Assembly (NCBI RefSeq): GCF_943193095.1
Contig: NZ_CALPCV010000006.1
Span: 39,145 to 63,144 of the forward strand
Length of the DNA stretch: 24,000 nt
Source of the DNA: Parasutterella muris
Lineage (GTDB): Bacteria; Pseudomonadota; Gammaproteobacteria; Burkholderiales; Burkholderiaceae_F
Reading direction: 5' to 3'
The notes beneath the pieces were generated by a model. The model saw only the letters and a list, made by a program, of their open reading frames with translations. It made no database searches and was not told the origin of the DNA. Within the stretch, counting starts at the first letter, position 1. Each line of letters begins with the position of its first letter. A program made the position numbers and the translations under genes. This document shows positions 1 to 8,482 of the stretch, in pieces.

Positions 1-101
1 GCGCCGCCGGAACCCACCACGACGACATCCGCCTCTTCGGCGCTGACAGCAGTCATACCGAGACCGAGTGCACAAATAACCGCTAAAGATAATTTATTCA
101 T
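1..101 (-). CDS. First 33 codons of a secreted FAD-dependent oxidoreductase (flavocytochrome / fumarate-reductase-like flavoprotein); the gene runs off the window
   Basis: The reverse complement of 1-101 has ATG at 101..99 and reads MNKLSLAVICALGLGMTAVSAEEADVVVVGSGG. That is a hydrophobic signal peptide ending VSA, followed directly by a GxGxxG-type dinucleotide-binding motif. An AGGAGA Shine-Dalgarno lies at 113..108, 6 nt before the ATG. The ORF is absent from the ORF track because the window edge truncates it. Confidence 0.5.
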   Translation of the reverse strand, partial: MNKLSLAVICALGLGMTAVSAEEADVVVVGSGG

Positions 102-168
102 TGCCTTTCTCCTGAGATCAGATTAGTTGCAAAACGATGTTCGATGAAAGGAGTATCCGGTAAATCGG

Positions 169-178
169 TACTTAAGTA
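169..178. promoter_or_regulatory. Perfect 10-bp palindrome TACTTAAGTA upstream of the flavoprotein gene; candidate binding site for the adjacent LuxR/FixJ-type response regulator
   Basis: TACTTAAGTA is its own reverse complement. It lies in the 100-bp spacer between the regulator stop (202) and the flavoprotein ATG (101), about 70 nt upstream of that ATG. NarL/FixJ-family regulators bind inverted TAC-type half sites. The function is inferred only. Confidence 0.25.
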
Positions 179-201
179 GGAAGACAAAAATCAAATGCTC
201 T

Positions 202-825
202 TCAATTTTTTTCGTCAATGTGCGACAAAAGACGCGTAATGTCGGAGACCGACTGAAGTTTCAGCTTTCTCGAGGCGTTCTGCCGATGTACTTCCACGGT
301 TCTCTCAGACAGCGACAGCCTCTCGGCAATTTCCTTATTGATCAGACCGGACGCCACAAGACGAATCACCTGTTTCTCCCGGTTGGTCAGCGTTTCAAAC
401 CGTTTAATCTCATCGGTTGATTCAATCGTCCAGCCTCGGTGACTTTCATCCCACTTCACCGCCTTGGCAACCGCTTCCAAAAGTCTTGACTCATTAAGAG
501 GCTTCTGAATAAAGTCCACCGCGCCGTCCTTCATGGCCTGCACCGCCATGTCCAAGTCCCCGTGCCCGGTCAGAAAAATAACAGGAGTCGCGTATCCGCG
601 AGAACGCATTTCTTCCAGCACTTCAAGACCGCTCATCCCGGGCATCGCTACGTCTAAAATCACGCAGCCGAGCACGGACGGGCTGTCGCCGACGAGGAAG
701 TCTCTCCCGCCTGAATAACACTCTACGCACCAACCATCCGTTTCCAGAAGAAACTTCAGAGCGCCGGAGAACGATGTGTCATCATCAACGATTCGTATGA
801 GCGTTTTCTGCAGCCTTTTTTCCAT
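202..825 (-). CDS. Two-component response regulator, receiver domain plus LuxR/FixJ (NarL-type) HTH output domain
   Basis: The ORF track protein contains a receiver domain (IRIVDDD ... ILDVAMPGMSGLE ... PVIFLTGHGD ... DFIQKP) and a C-terminal LuxR HTH (LTNREKQVIRLVASGLINKEIAERLSLSERTVEVHRQNASRKL). I prefer the ATG at 825, giving MEKRLQ..., because GAGG lies 6 nt upstream. The track start at 837 has no Shine-Dalgarno. The gene overlaps the 3' end of the kinase gene. Confidence 0.9.
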   Translation of the reverse strand: MEKRLQKTLIRIVDDDTSFSGALKFLLETDGWCVECYSGGRDFLVGDSPSVLGCVILDVAMPGMSGLEVLEEMRSRGYATPVIFLTGHGDLDMAVQAMKDGAVDFIQKPLNESRLLEAVAKAVKWDESHRGWTIESTDEIKRFETLTNREKQVIRLVASGLINKEIAERLSLSERTVEVHRQNASRKLKLQSVSDITRLLSHIDEKN

Positions 826-2596
826 GATTCGCCTCATGAAGCGGCAAAGTGATTAAAACACTAAGACCGCCGACGTTATTTCGACTAAAAGAGATCTTTC
901 CGCCGTAGTTTTCAACTATTCCGCGAACAATCTGCAGTCCGAGCCCTAACCCGGTGGATTTGTCAGACTGTGTCGGTTCATTGAAAAGACTCAGCTTTTC
1001 TTCCGATAAATTTCCATTGTCACAGATCCTTAGCTCTGCGCGCTTTGCATCTTCAAAGATACTGACGGTAATCTTCGGGTGCTTGATATTCTGTTTGGTG
1101 AGCGCCTCGGACGCGTTTCTCAGCAGGTTGACAATACAAAGTTCTATTTCCAAGGCATTGACGTATACTATCGCCCTGCTGTTAAAGCGTGTCACAATCC
1201 CGGACTCTGAGCCTGTCTGTCGATTAAATTCACGAATAGACTTTGCCGCGAGCTCACTCAGCGCCAATGTCTGTCTTCCGCTGTCCCGACCTTTAGCGTA
1301 TTGTCTTACCCGATCGACAATTGCGGATGCCATATCCGCGTCTGCACGCATCTCTTCAAGTACCTCCTTCATCTTCGCTTCCGTGAGCATGCCGGCTTCA
1401 GAGGCGCGCTGAAGCGCTCTGGCGTATAACTTAATACTCGCTAAAGGCTGATTCAGTTCATGCGCGATCAGTCCGGAGACCTGACCGACAACCCCGGCTC
1501 TCTGCATTCTTAAAAGTCTTTCGTTAGCAGCTTTTGCCTCTTGAAACGTCTTATTCTCCCGCTCAAGAGAGACTCTGAGCTGTCGAGTCCGCCGCTCTAC
1601 AAGTTTGGAGACTAAGTACGTGTAAGTGAGCAAAAGAAGAAGCATTGCGCCGGCGCCTAACAAGACGTACTTGTATTCGTGAAGCATCCGCCCAAACCAA
1701 AGCCTGCTGAATCGCTGGTAAGCACCGAGATTCAGCGCGCGAAGGAGCGTATCAAGTTCAGTGTAGTCGCTCGCGACCGACCAATGAATCCCAAGCGCGG
1801 TCGGTTTCTGATGAATAAGCGCGGCTGTTACCGCCGAAACATAAGCCGCCGGAAGATTCGGGCTTGAACCAATACTCCAATTAGGATACAGCGCAGTCGA
1901 ATGCAGGCAGATATGTTCGTCTTCCGGCTGAAGGTTAATAAATTTCAATCGAGTCGGATCCACAACTTTTCGATTGACGGCATCTTCCAAATAACAAATT
2001 CTAAGAATGCCGACATCTGCTTTTCCTGTCAGCACATCTTCGATGATCTTGTCTCGGTCAAGCCCGTAAAAAGAGGTCCCGGAAAAGAACTGCTGAGGGT
2101 TGTAGCCGGCTTTAGCCACTTCGCCCATCGCCGCAAGATACATTCCGAACGCAGTCACTCTGCCAGCCGCCGCCTTTTTTCCTTTTAAATCGTCAATCGT
2201 GTTCAAGTCCTTTCGATCGGCATTCACGATGATGAGCGAACCTTCGCTTTTATTCGGATCTTTGGAAAACGGCGATGAGGCGGTCACCATGTCGCGCAGC
2301 CCGATATCCTGAAACCGGCGAACCGTGCTGCTCGTTGCGAGATAAAAATCCGCCGTCTTCTTCTCCATCATCTCTTCGATTTCCGGAAGCTCGGCGTATT
2401 TCACTTCCAGCCTGCGCGGGTATACATTCCGACGAATGGTTTCAATCGTTTCGTTAACGAATGCCTGATTCAGCAGCGGATTAACTGCAGAATTAATAAC
2501 GAACACAAGCGGCGGATGCGCTTTTACTTCAGCAAAAGCAACCGGCGCACACAAAAGCTCGACAGCGATCAGAGAAATCAGGATAAAAGGCTTCAT
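785..2596 (-). CDS. Sensor histidine kinase with an N-terminal periplasmic solute-binding (PhnD/TtrS-type) domain, one further TM helix, and HisKA plus HATPase_c domains
   Basis: The 603-aa ORF has a signal peptide or TM1 (MKPFILISLIAVELLCAPVAFA) followed by a periplasmic region of about 290 aa that resembles a solute-binding protein. TM2 is VLLGAGAMLLLLLTYTYLV. The H-box is AHELNQPLASI, and the ATPase G-boxes are DNGNL and STGLGLGLQIV. This architecture matches TtrS/ThsS-like sensors. The ligand is unknown. Confidence 0.85.
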   Translation of the reverse strand: MKPFILISLIAVELLCAPVAFAEVKAHPPLVFVINSAVNPLLNQAFVNETIETIRRNVYPRRLEVKYAELPEIEEMMEKKTADFYLATSSTVRRFQDIGLRDMVTASSPFSKDPNKSEGSLIIVNADRKDLNTIDDLKGKKAAAGRVTAFGMYLAAMGEVAKAGYNPQQFFSGTSFYGLDRDKIIEDVLTGKADVGILRICYLEDAVNRKVVDPTRLKFINLQPEDEHICLHSTALYPNWSIGSSPNLPAAYVSAVTAALIHQKPTALGIHWSVASDYTELDTLLRALNLGAYQRFSRLWFGRMLHEYKYVLLGAGAMLLLLLTYTYLVSKLVERRTRQLRVSLERENKTFQEAKAANERLLRMQRAGVVGQVSGLIAHELNQPLASIKLYARALQRASEAGMLTEAKMKEVLEEMRADADMASAIVDRVRQYAKGRDSGRQTLALSELAAKSIREFNRQTGSESGIVTRFNSRAIVYVNALEIELCIVNLLRNASEALTKQNIKHPKITVSIFEDAKRAELRICDNGNLSEEKLSLFNEPTQSDKSTGLGLGLQIVRGIVENYGGKISFSRNNVGGLSVLITLPLHEANHGKKAAENAHTNR

Positions 2597-2731
2597 GAGG
2601 AAATTCTACCGAACATACGAATGAAACTAAATCCGCGGTATCCGCCTAAAAAGCGTTCTCCTCAAACCCAGCTGATAAAATAATCAGGTTGTGTTCAATT
2701 AAATCTTTATAGAACTAAGGAGATACTCCAA

Positions 2732-3721
2732 ATGAAAAAACCAATTAAGGTCGCCGTCACAGGAGCTGCGGGCCAGATCGGATATTCGCTGCTCTTCCGT
2801 ATTTGCTCAGGCGACATGCTCGGAAAGGATCAGCCTATCGATCTTATGCTGCTCGAACGCAACAACGAAGCTTCCATGGCCGCCTCCCGCGGAGTCATCA
2901 TGGAATTGGACGACTGTGCTTTCCCGCTCCTTAACAGCGTCAGCTCCTCCTGCTGCGCTAAAGAGTGCTTCGCCGGTGCTCAGATCGCATTGCTCGTCGG
3001 CGCCCGTCCTCGTTCCGCCGACATGCAGCGCTCCGATCTGCTTGCCGCCAACGCTCAGATTTTCGTTGAACAGGGCCGCGCCATGAACGAAGTCGCTGAC
3101 CCCAACATTAAGGTTCTCGTCGTCGGCAACCCCTGCAACACCAACGCTTATATTGCCCGCCGCTGCGCTCCGAATCTGAATCCGCGCAACTTCACAGCAA
3201 TGATGCGCTTGGACCAGAACCGCACTTTCTCTCAAATTGCACACAAGCTGGACTGCAAAGTCACCGATATTGAAAAGCTTCCTGTATGGGGCAATCACGG
3301 CGGCACAATGTTCCCTGACCTTACCAACGCCACGGTTCGCGGCGAAGCGGTCATGAACCTCATCGACCAGACTTGGTACACAGAAGATTTAATCCCGACT
3401 GTCGCTTCCCGCGGAAGCGCAATTATTAAAGCACGCGGCCACTCTTCCGCCGCTTCTGCCGCGAACGCAGCGATCGACCATGTCCGTGACTGGGTCAACG
3501 GCTCCAACGGCCGCTGGGTCACAATGGCTGTTCCTTCTGACGGCTCTTACGGCGTTCCTGAAGGTCTCACCTTCGGCTTCCCGGTCGTCTGCAAAGACGG
3601 TGACTATGAAATCGTTAAAGGTCTTGAACTTTCCGACTTCCAGAAAGAAAGAATCGCTAAGAATGTCAAAGCACTGACCGAAGAAAGAGAAATCGTCGAT
3701 CAGATCATTGCACAGGCCTAA
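2732..3721 (+). CDS. mdh: Malate dehydrogenase (LDH-like MDH family)
   Basis: 329-aa ORF. The N-terminal Rossmann motif is [17 protein letters not shown]. The conserved motifs [15 protein letters not shown] and WGNHG are present. An AAGGAG Shine-Dalgarno precedes the ATG. Confidence 0.95.
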   Translation: MKKPIKVAVTGAAGQIGYSLLFRICSGDMLGKDQPIDLMLLERNNEASMAASRGVIMELDDCAFPLLNSVSSSCCAKECFAGAQIALLVGARPRSADMQRSDLLAANAQIFVEQGRAMNEVADPNIKVLVVGNPCNTNAYIARRCAPNLNPRNFTAMMRLDQNRTFSQIAHKLDCKVTDIEKLPVWGNHGGTMFPDLTNATVRGEAVMNLIDQTWYTEDLIPTVASRGSAIIKARGHSSAASAANAAIDHVRDWVNGSNGRWVTMAVPSDGSYGVPEGLTFGFPVVCKDGDYEIVKGLELSDFQKERIAKNVKALTEEREIVDQIIAQA

Positions 3722-3735
3722 CCGACTCTGATATC

Positions 3736-3762
3736 GGGCCGCGAAAGCGGCCCTTTCCTTTT
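3736..3762 (+). terminator. Rho-independent terminator of mdh
   Basis: GGGCCGC-GAAA-GCGGCCC is a 7-bp GC stem with a GNRA tetraloop. It is followed by TTTCCTTTT, starting 15 nt after the mdh stop codon. Confidence 0.8.
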
Positions 3763-4227
3763 ATGCAGACCGTAATCTTTGATACCAATCTCCTGCTTGA
3801 TTTCTTTGTTTTCCGCGATAAAACAACCGCTCCGCTTTGGGAGGCTGCTTGCGCGGGACAATTCCGAACCGTCACAACACAGGAGGCGATTGATGAATTC
3901 AAAGATATACTGACCAGACCGGCTTTTAATCTGACGCAAAAGGCTCAGGAAGAAGCGCTTAAAGACTTTTTATCCGTCGCAGAAAACGTGGCAGTCACAA
4001 CTGAAGCACAAGCACGGTGCAGAGACCCTTTGGATCAGAAATTCATCGATCTCGCAGTGAGTGAGGCGCCTGCCGTTCTCATCACCAAAGATAAATTGGT
4101 GCTTCGCTGCGCGAAAAGAATAAAAAAGACCGGCTCAGTGATTTGCTCACCAAGCACGGCCTTACTGAATCCCGATCTCGTTAAAACGCCGCAGCCGTCT
4201 CCGCTTTCTGATTCAGTTCAGCGTTAA
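3763..4227 (+). CDS. PIN-domain protein (PIN_3 / TIGR00305-like putative toxin ribonuclease), with no adjacent antitoxin
   Basis: 154-aa ORF. The N-terminus VIFDTNLLLDFF matches the first acidic PIN motif. The later motifs QEAIDEF, DPLDQKFIDLAV and VLITKDK match the remaining acidic positions of this family. The ATG directly abuts the mdh terminator T-tract and has no Shine-Dalgarno. The 3' end overlaps nagZ by 47 bp. Confidence 0.7.
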   Translation: MQTVIFDTNLLLDFFVFRDKTTAPLWEAACAGQFRTVTTQEAIDEFKDILTRPAFNLTQKAQEEALKDFLSVAENVAVTTEAQARCRDPLDQKFIDLAVSEAPAVLITKDKLVLRCAKRIKKTGSVICSPSTALLNPDLVKTPQPSPLSDSVQR

Positions 4228-5254
4228 ACGCCTCAATCATCTCCACACACGTCTTGTAGTTGGCATTCAGTTCAAGCCCGTCACGGCTCGGGAATTTGCC
4301 GCGCGGAAGAATTCTGGCCAAACGCTCATCAAAGAGTTTTGTGCGAATCCAGCGCTGGTTGGCGAGAACCTGCTGAACTCCGTCCGGATCGTTGCAGATC
4401 AGGATCATGTCACATCCGGCAGCAAACGCCGCGTCACTGCGGGCGGTAATCTCACCGATCTCCGCCGCGCCCTTCATGCTCAGGTCGTCACTGAAAATCA
4501 AACCTGTGAATCCAAGTCTTGTCCGAAGCTCTTCCTGAAGCCATTTCTTAGAAAAGCCTGCAGGAGCGGAATCGACCTGAGAATAGGCCACGTGCGCGGG
4601 CATCACTGATGTCAGGAGTACGCCCAGAGATTTATACGGAACTTCATCATTGCTGCGAATATCCGATAAGGATCTGTCATCCACCGGAAGCTCAACATGA
4701 GAATCCGCAGACGCATAGCCGTGTCCCGGGAAATGCTTGCCGCAGCAGGCCATTCCGGCCTGGGACATTCCGCCGATCAGCGCGGTCGCAAGAATGCTCA
4801 CAACTCTCGGATTGCGATGGAATGAACGCGTGCCGATAACCACGCTCTGACCGTAGTCCAAGTCCAGACAGGGCGCAAAGGTGAAATCCACACCGCAGGC
4901 ACGAAGTTCAGCAGCCATAACCAAACCGCAGGCTGCCGCCAGACTATGTGCGCGCTGCGGCTCTTTATCATAAAGCTGACCAAGTGAATTCATCGAAGGA
5001 ATGCGGGTAAAACCCTCACGGAATCTCTGAATTCTGCCGCCTTCATGGTCCACGCCGATAATCAGCGGGGGATTGCGCAGCGCGTGAATGTCATGCGTCA
5101 GATTGTGCAGCTGATCGATATTCTCGAAATTGCGTGTGAACAAAATCACCATGCCGACCATCGGATGCTGAAGAAGCTTGATTTCTTCATCCGTCAGTTC
5201 CGTTCCGGCAATATCAACCACCAAGGGTCCAAGCGGACGATCTACTTTTTCCAT
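4181..5254 (-). CDS. nagZ: Beta-N-acetylhexosaminidase NagZ (glycoside hydrolase family 3, peptidoglycan recycling)
   Basis: Family motifs are present: GVDHEGGRIQRF, GVDFTFAPCLDL, KHFPGHG and FSDDLSMKGA. I prefer the ATG at 5254..5252, giving MEKVDRPLG..., because it overlaps the acpS stop codon as TAATG. The track start at 5272 is a TTG codon. Confidence 0.9.
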   Translation of the reverse strand: MEKVDRPLGPLVVDIAGTELTDEEIKLLQHPMVGMVILFTRNFENIDQLHNLTHDIHALRNPPLIIGVDHEGGRIQRFREGFTRIPSMNSLGQLYDKEPQRAHSLAAACGLVMAAELRACGVDFTFAPCLDLDYGQSVVIGTRSFHRNPRVVSILATALIGGMSQAGMACCGKHFPGHGYASADSHVELPVDDRSLSDIRSNDEVPYKSLGVLLTSVMPAHVAYSQVDSAPAGFSKKWLQEELRTRLGFTGLIFSDDLSMKGAAEIGEITARSDAAFAAGCDMILICNDPDGVQQVLANQRWIRTKLFDERLARILPRGKFPSRDGLELNANYKTCVEMIEAFNAELNQKAETAAAF

Positions 5255-5646
5255 TAATCTTTCCTTTCGCAAATCACTACGGCGATCGCCGTAGTTTCAC
5301 AATCGCTCAGCGAGATGTGAAACCGCATCGCGCGGCTTTCTATTTCCTCGGCAAGCGCGCCTCCAAACTTCAGGTACGGCGCCCCGAGCTCATTGTTCAG
5401 CACACTGATATCGCCAAAATTGACGCTTCCTCTGAAACCGGTGCCCATCGCCTTTGAAAACGCTTCCTTCGCCGCCCAGCGGGAGGCTAGGTAGCGCAGA
5501 CCTCGGACACGCGATAGCGAATTTCTATGATCATATACAACCCGCTCGTCTTCAGACAACACCGTACGGGCAAAATTAGGCTGTCTTGTGCAGGCTTTCT
5601 CTATTCGGGCGATTTCTACGATATCGCAGCCCAAGCCGCCGATCAT
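5254..5646 (-). CDS. acpS: Holo-[acyl-carrier-protein] synthase
   Basis: 130-aa ORF beginning MIGGLGCDIVEIARIE, with RWAAKEAFSKA further in; both are typical of AcpS. Its start overlaps the stop of the upstream gene as ATGA. Confidence 0.9.
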   Translation of the reverse strand: MIGGLGCDIVEIARIEKACTRQPNFARTVLSEDERVVYDHRNSLSRVRGLRYLASRWAAKEAFSKAMGTGFRGSVNFGDISVLNNELGAPYLKFGGALAEEIESRAMRFHISLSDCETTAIAVVICERKD

Positions 5647-6149
5647 TTGTCCTCTCCGCTGCCGCTGTACTTACCCCAGCGATTATCCTCCGGAAAACTC
5701 GGAAGACTCATCACGCCGAATGAAACCGCGGTGAGCGCGCCTAACGGCGCCCAAATAAACCAGTTGTAGCTCTGCATCATCGCGAATTCCGCCAGGCAGT
5801 AAAAGATCAGAATCTGCGGCATCCATGCCCACAGCGCGGATTTGTTGGCGTCGTGAAGACGACGCACCGAAATCGCTGCGGACGGTACCGCAATGTAAAG
5901 CCAGCCGCAGATCAGAAGTCCGAGAAATACTAAAACCGTATCTGTGGCGGTATCGCTGATCCACATCAGGACGGCTAAATAAAGTACGGTAAAAATCCAA
6001 AAGCGATAAAAACGAGCTCTGCCCGTGCGCCCTCCGAAATCGGTATAGCCGATCGTCATATCAAGATAAAGATCTCGAATCACAGGCGGCATTTTGTCGA
6101 CGTAGGAAGCCAGTTCAAAAGGATTTTTTCCGGGTGTCGGATTTTTCAT
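5643..6149 (-). CDS. DUF805 family inner-membrane protein
   Basis: 168-aa ORF with several hydrophobic helices and the family signature: GRTGRARFYRFW ... ISVRRLHDANKSALWA ... NRWGKY. It starts 5 nt after the recO stop and overlaps the acpS start. Confidence 0.85.
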   Translation of the reverse strand: MKNPTPGKNPFELASYVDKMPPVIRDLYLDMTIGYTDFGGRTGRARFYRFWIFTVLYLAVLMWISDTATDTVLVFLGLLICGWLYIAVPSAAISVRRLHDANKSALWAWMPQILIFYCLAEFAMMQSYNWFIWAPLGALTAVSFGVMSLPSFPEDNRWGKYSGSGEDK

Positions 6150-6154
6150 AACTG

Positions 6155-6859
6155 CTAAATCTTTTTAAGTTCATTAAGGATCCGCCGGGTGTTCAGCGGA
6201 ATTTCCTCGAGATAATAACCGATAAGGTCACGGGTTAACATTCGGGCTTCCCTCTCCTGCTCTCCGGGCTGCAGAGTTCTGGAAATCAGCGCGCGCAGCG
6301 TATCGGAAGAGACTCCGGCGTTTTCCAAAGCGGTGTTGTCCGAAGCGATCAGGTCCCCCACCACAAAGCGGTATCTCGATGCCGGAAAGGGACCCTCAGG
6401 CAGGCCGTAACCAAGTGCGTTCAGAAAATCAAGCTCAAAGTAGCGCAGCGTCACAAGCGGCTCTTCGCCCGAAGCGAGTTTCTTCAGTGTCTCGTAGTAG
6501 GATTTAAACAGCGCCTGCTCCGGAACTCCTCTGGGCAAAAGCCGCACCAGAAGCTCATTGATATAAAACGCCGACATCAGAAACTTTTCTCCGAGGGGAA
6601 TCGTGCCGTACCATTCCGCACGAATCAGATTCTTAATCTCGCCTTTGCCGGAGTAAGAAATCGCAAGCGGACAAAAGGGATTTAACAAACCCCTGTATTG
6701 GGACATCGGGCGCTTTGCGCCTCTTGCAACAAGCGACATGCGGCCGAAATCGCGCGTAAAAAACTCCACGATCAGACTGGTCTCCTTCCAGGGATACGTG
6801 TGCAGCACAAAAGCGGGCTGCCCGTTGACGCGGAAGTCCGAACGAGCTTTTTCTGCCAT
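6155..6859 (-). CDS. recO: DNA repair protein RecO
   Basis: 234-aa ORF. The N-terminal OB-fold region is AFVLHTYPWKETSLIVEFFTRDFGRMSLVARGAKR. Length and the neighbourhood with era and acpS fit RecO. Confidence 0.9.
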   Translation of the reverse strand: MAEKARSDFRVNGQPAFVLHTYPWKETSLIVEFFTRDFGRMSLVARGAKRPMSQYRGLLNPFCPLAISYSGKGEIKNLIRAEWYGTIPLGEKFLMSAFYINELLVRLLPRGVPEQALFKSYYETLKKLASGEEPLVTLRYFELDFLNALGYGLPEGPFPASRYRFVVGDLIASDNTALENAGVSSDTLRALISRTLQPGEQEREARMLTRDLIGYYLEEIPLNTRRILNELKKI

Positions 6860-6866
6860 TTAAAAA

Positions 6867-6875
6867 TAATGTCCT
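6867..6875. repeat. Left copy of the exact 9-bp direct repeat TAATGTCCT bounding the era-recO insert
   Basis: Read directly from the sequence. On the coding (minus) strand it is AGGACATTA, 7 nt upstream of the recO ATG. An identical copy lies at 10356-10364. Confidence 0.6.
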
Positions 6876-7111
6876 TTCATCAGTGGTCCGACTATTTTAG
6901 CGGCTGCAGTCGGCACGGCTCAAATCGAAAACACTCTGTTACGCACATCCCCGACTCGCCTCTGTCAACGACTCTCACGGGAAAAGAAACATTTACTCAC
7001 GGACTTTTTAAGGGAAACCACTAATTCATCAGATATATTACATATAAATACCTGTGATTAAGTATTTTTACTAATCGTAAATACGTTATTCAGCTTTTTA
7101 GGAGCGGAACA

Positions 7112-8482
7112 ATGAAAAAACCTTTTTACAAGGTCCTTTATGTGCAGGTGCTTGCTGCTATCGCTCTCGGCGTCCTGCTGGGATTCTTTTGGCCGGACCT
7201 CGGCGCGAAGATGAAGCCGCTTGGAGACGGCTTCATCAAGCTAATTAAAATGCTCATCGCTCCGGTCATTTTCTGCACTGTCGTCACCGGCATCGCCGGT
7301 ATGGAAAACATGAAGAAAGTCGGCAAGGTCGGAGGCTTAGCTCTTCTCTACTTCGAGGCGGTGACGACGCTCGCACTGATCATCGGTCTTCTCATGGTGA
7401 ATCTCTTTCAGCCGGGAAGCGGCATGCATGTGGACCCGTCCACACTCGACATGAGTTCGGTATCAATGTACGCGGCCTCAGAAAAGCCGCAGTCAACACT
7501 TGATTTCATATTTCACATTATTCCGTCTACCATTGTCGGCGCCTTTGCCGAAGGAGAAATCCTCCAGGTTTTATTCTTCTCGGTCATCTTCGGGTTCGCT
7601 CTGCAGCATCTGGGCGGCGTTAACCATCCGGTCTACAGTCTGATTAAGAAAGGATCCGACATCCTTTTCACCATGATCGGATGGATCATGAAAGTCGCTC
7701 CGATCGGTGCATTCGGCGCTATGGCGTTTACCATCGGCAAATATGGTATTCATACACTGATCCCGCTCAGTAAACTGATGTTGGTTTTTTACGCCACCTG
7801 TCTGTTTTTTATTATCTTTATTCTCGGCGCGATCTGTCGAAGCTGTGGGTTTTCTCTTTTTAAATATCTTGCCTACATTAAAGAGGAACTTTTAATTGTG
7901 CTCGGCACGTCTTCATCCGAGGCGGTTCTTCCGCAAATGATGAAGAAAATGGAACAAGCTGGCGTCAGTAAATCCGTAAGCGGCCTTGTCATTCCGACCG
8001 GTTACTCGTTCAACCTTGACGGTACAGCGATCTATCTGACAATTGCCGCAGTCTTTATCGCACAGGCCTGCGATATTCAAATGACGCTCAGCCAGCAGAT
8101 CACGCTGCTTCTGGTGCTCCTTCTGACAAGTAAAGGAGCAGCCGGTGTCTCGGGTTCCGGCTTCATCGTACTTGCAGCAACATTGAGCGCAGTCGGTGAT
8201 GTCCCAGTCGCCGGACTTGCGCTTATCCTCGGCGTAGATCGTTTCATGAGCGAAGCACGTTCCATCACCAACATGATCGGAAACGGCATCGCCTGTGTCG
8301 TCGTCGGCCGCTGCGTAGGTGAGCTGGATAAAGCGCGGCTCACCAAGATGCTTACCGCCAAACGCGACATCATCGCGGATCTGGAAGCCGACCTCGGGAA
8401 AGTCGAAGAGAAATTAGGGGGCGAGCTCACTTCCGCTGTTAACGAAACAGCCCTGCTGCCCGCAAAAGGCCTGAACGATTAG
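7112..8482 (+). CDS. dctA: C4-dicarboxylate:cation symporter DctA (DAACS family)
   Basis: The 456-aa ORF aligns by eye along its full length with E. coli DctA: [59 protein letters not shown] and [23 protein letters not shown]. An AGGAG Shine-Dalgarno is present. Confidence 0.95.
   Translation: MKKPFYKVLYVQVLAAIALGVLLGFFWPDLGAKMKPLGDGFIKLIKMLIAPVIFCTVVTGIAGMENMKKVGKVGGLALLYFEAVTTLALIIGLLMVNLFQPGSGMHVDPSTLDMSSVSMYAASEKPQSTLDFIFHIIPSTIVGAFAEGEILQVLFFSVIFGFALQHLGGVNHPVYSLIKKGSDILFTMIGWIMKVAPIGAFGAMAFTIGKYGIHTLIPLSKLMLVFYATCLFFIIFILGAICRSCGFSLFKYLAYIKEELLIVLGTSSSEAVLPQMMKKMEQAGVSKSVSGLVIPTGYSFNLDGTAIYLTIAAVFIAQACDIQMTLSQQITLLLVLLLTSKGAAGVSGSGFIVLAATLSAVGDVPVAGLALILGVDRFMSEARSITNMIGNGIACVVVGRCVGELDKARLTKMLTAKRDIIADLEADLGKVEEKLGGELTSAVNETALLPAKGLND

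Noticed and set aside
954-1412. 152-aa plus-strand ORF, and similar antisense ORFs at 2807-3298, 8867-9349, 10553-10939, 11532-11951, 12199-12925, 16758-17192, 17430-17992 and 18367-18878
   Set aside because: Each lies opposite a confidently identified gene (kinase, mdh, C45, era, rnc, lepB, fabG, fabD, fabH) and has low-complexity, motif-free translations.
3705-3939. Small minus-strand ORFs (65 and 73 aa) opposite the PIN gene 5' end, considered as a possible antitoxin
   Set aside because: They are antisense to the PIN coding sequence and run through the mdh terminator. They have no RHH, AbrB or Phd-like sequence features and no ribosome-binding site.
5683-6000. 105-aa minus-strand ORF in an alternative frame of the DUF805 gene
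   Set aside because: The DUF805 frame carries the family signature (RRLHD, NRWG) and the operon couplings. The alternative frame has no start context and no recognisable features.
6887-6893. TCCGACT near the left end of the insert and its complement at 10345-10351 near the right end, considered as terminal inverted repeats
   Set aside because: The 7-mers sit at different distances from the junctions (11 against 4 nt). The surrounding end sequences do not align. The right copy is simply the era terminator stem. A 7-mer match is expected by chance.
6912-6927. GGCAC-containing stretch, considered as a sigma54 -24/-12 promoter for dctA
   Set aside because: The downstream element is AATCG rather than TTGC, and the spacing does not fit the TGGCAC-N5-TTGC consensus.
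6974-7002. Direct repeat CTCACGG x2 spaced 22 nt apart upstream of dctA, considered as regulator half-sites
   Set aside because: By rough expectation, a 7-mer repeat within a 250-bp spacer occurs about once or twice by chance. No extended similarity surrounds the copies.
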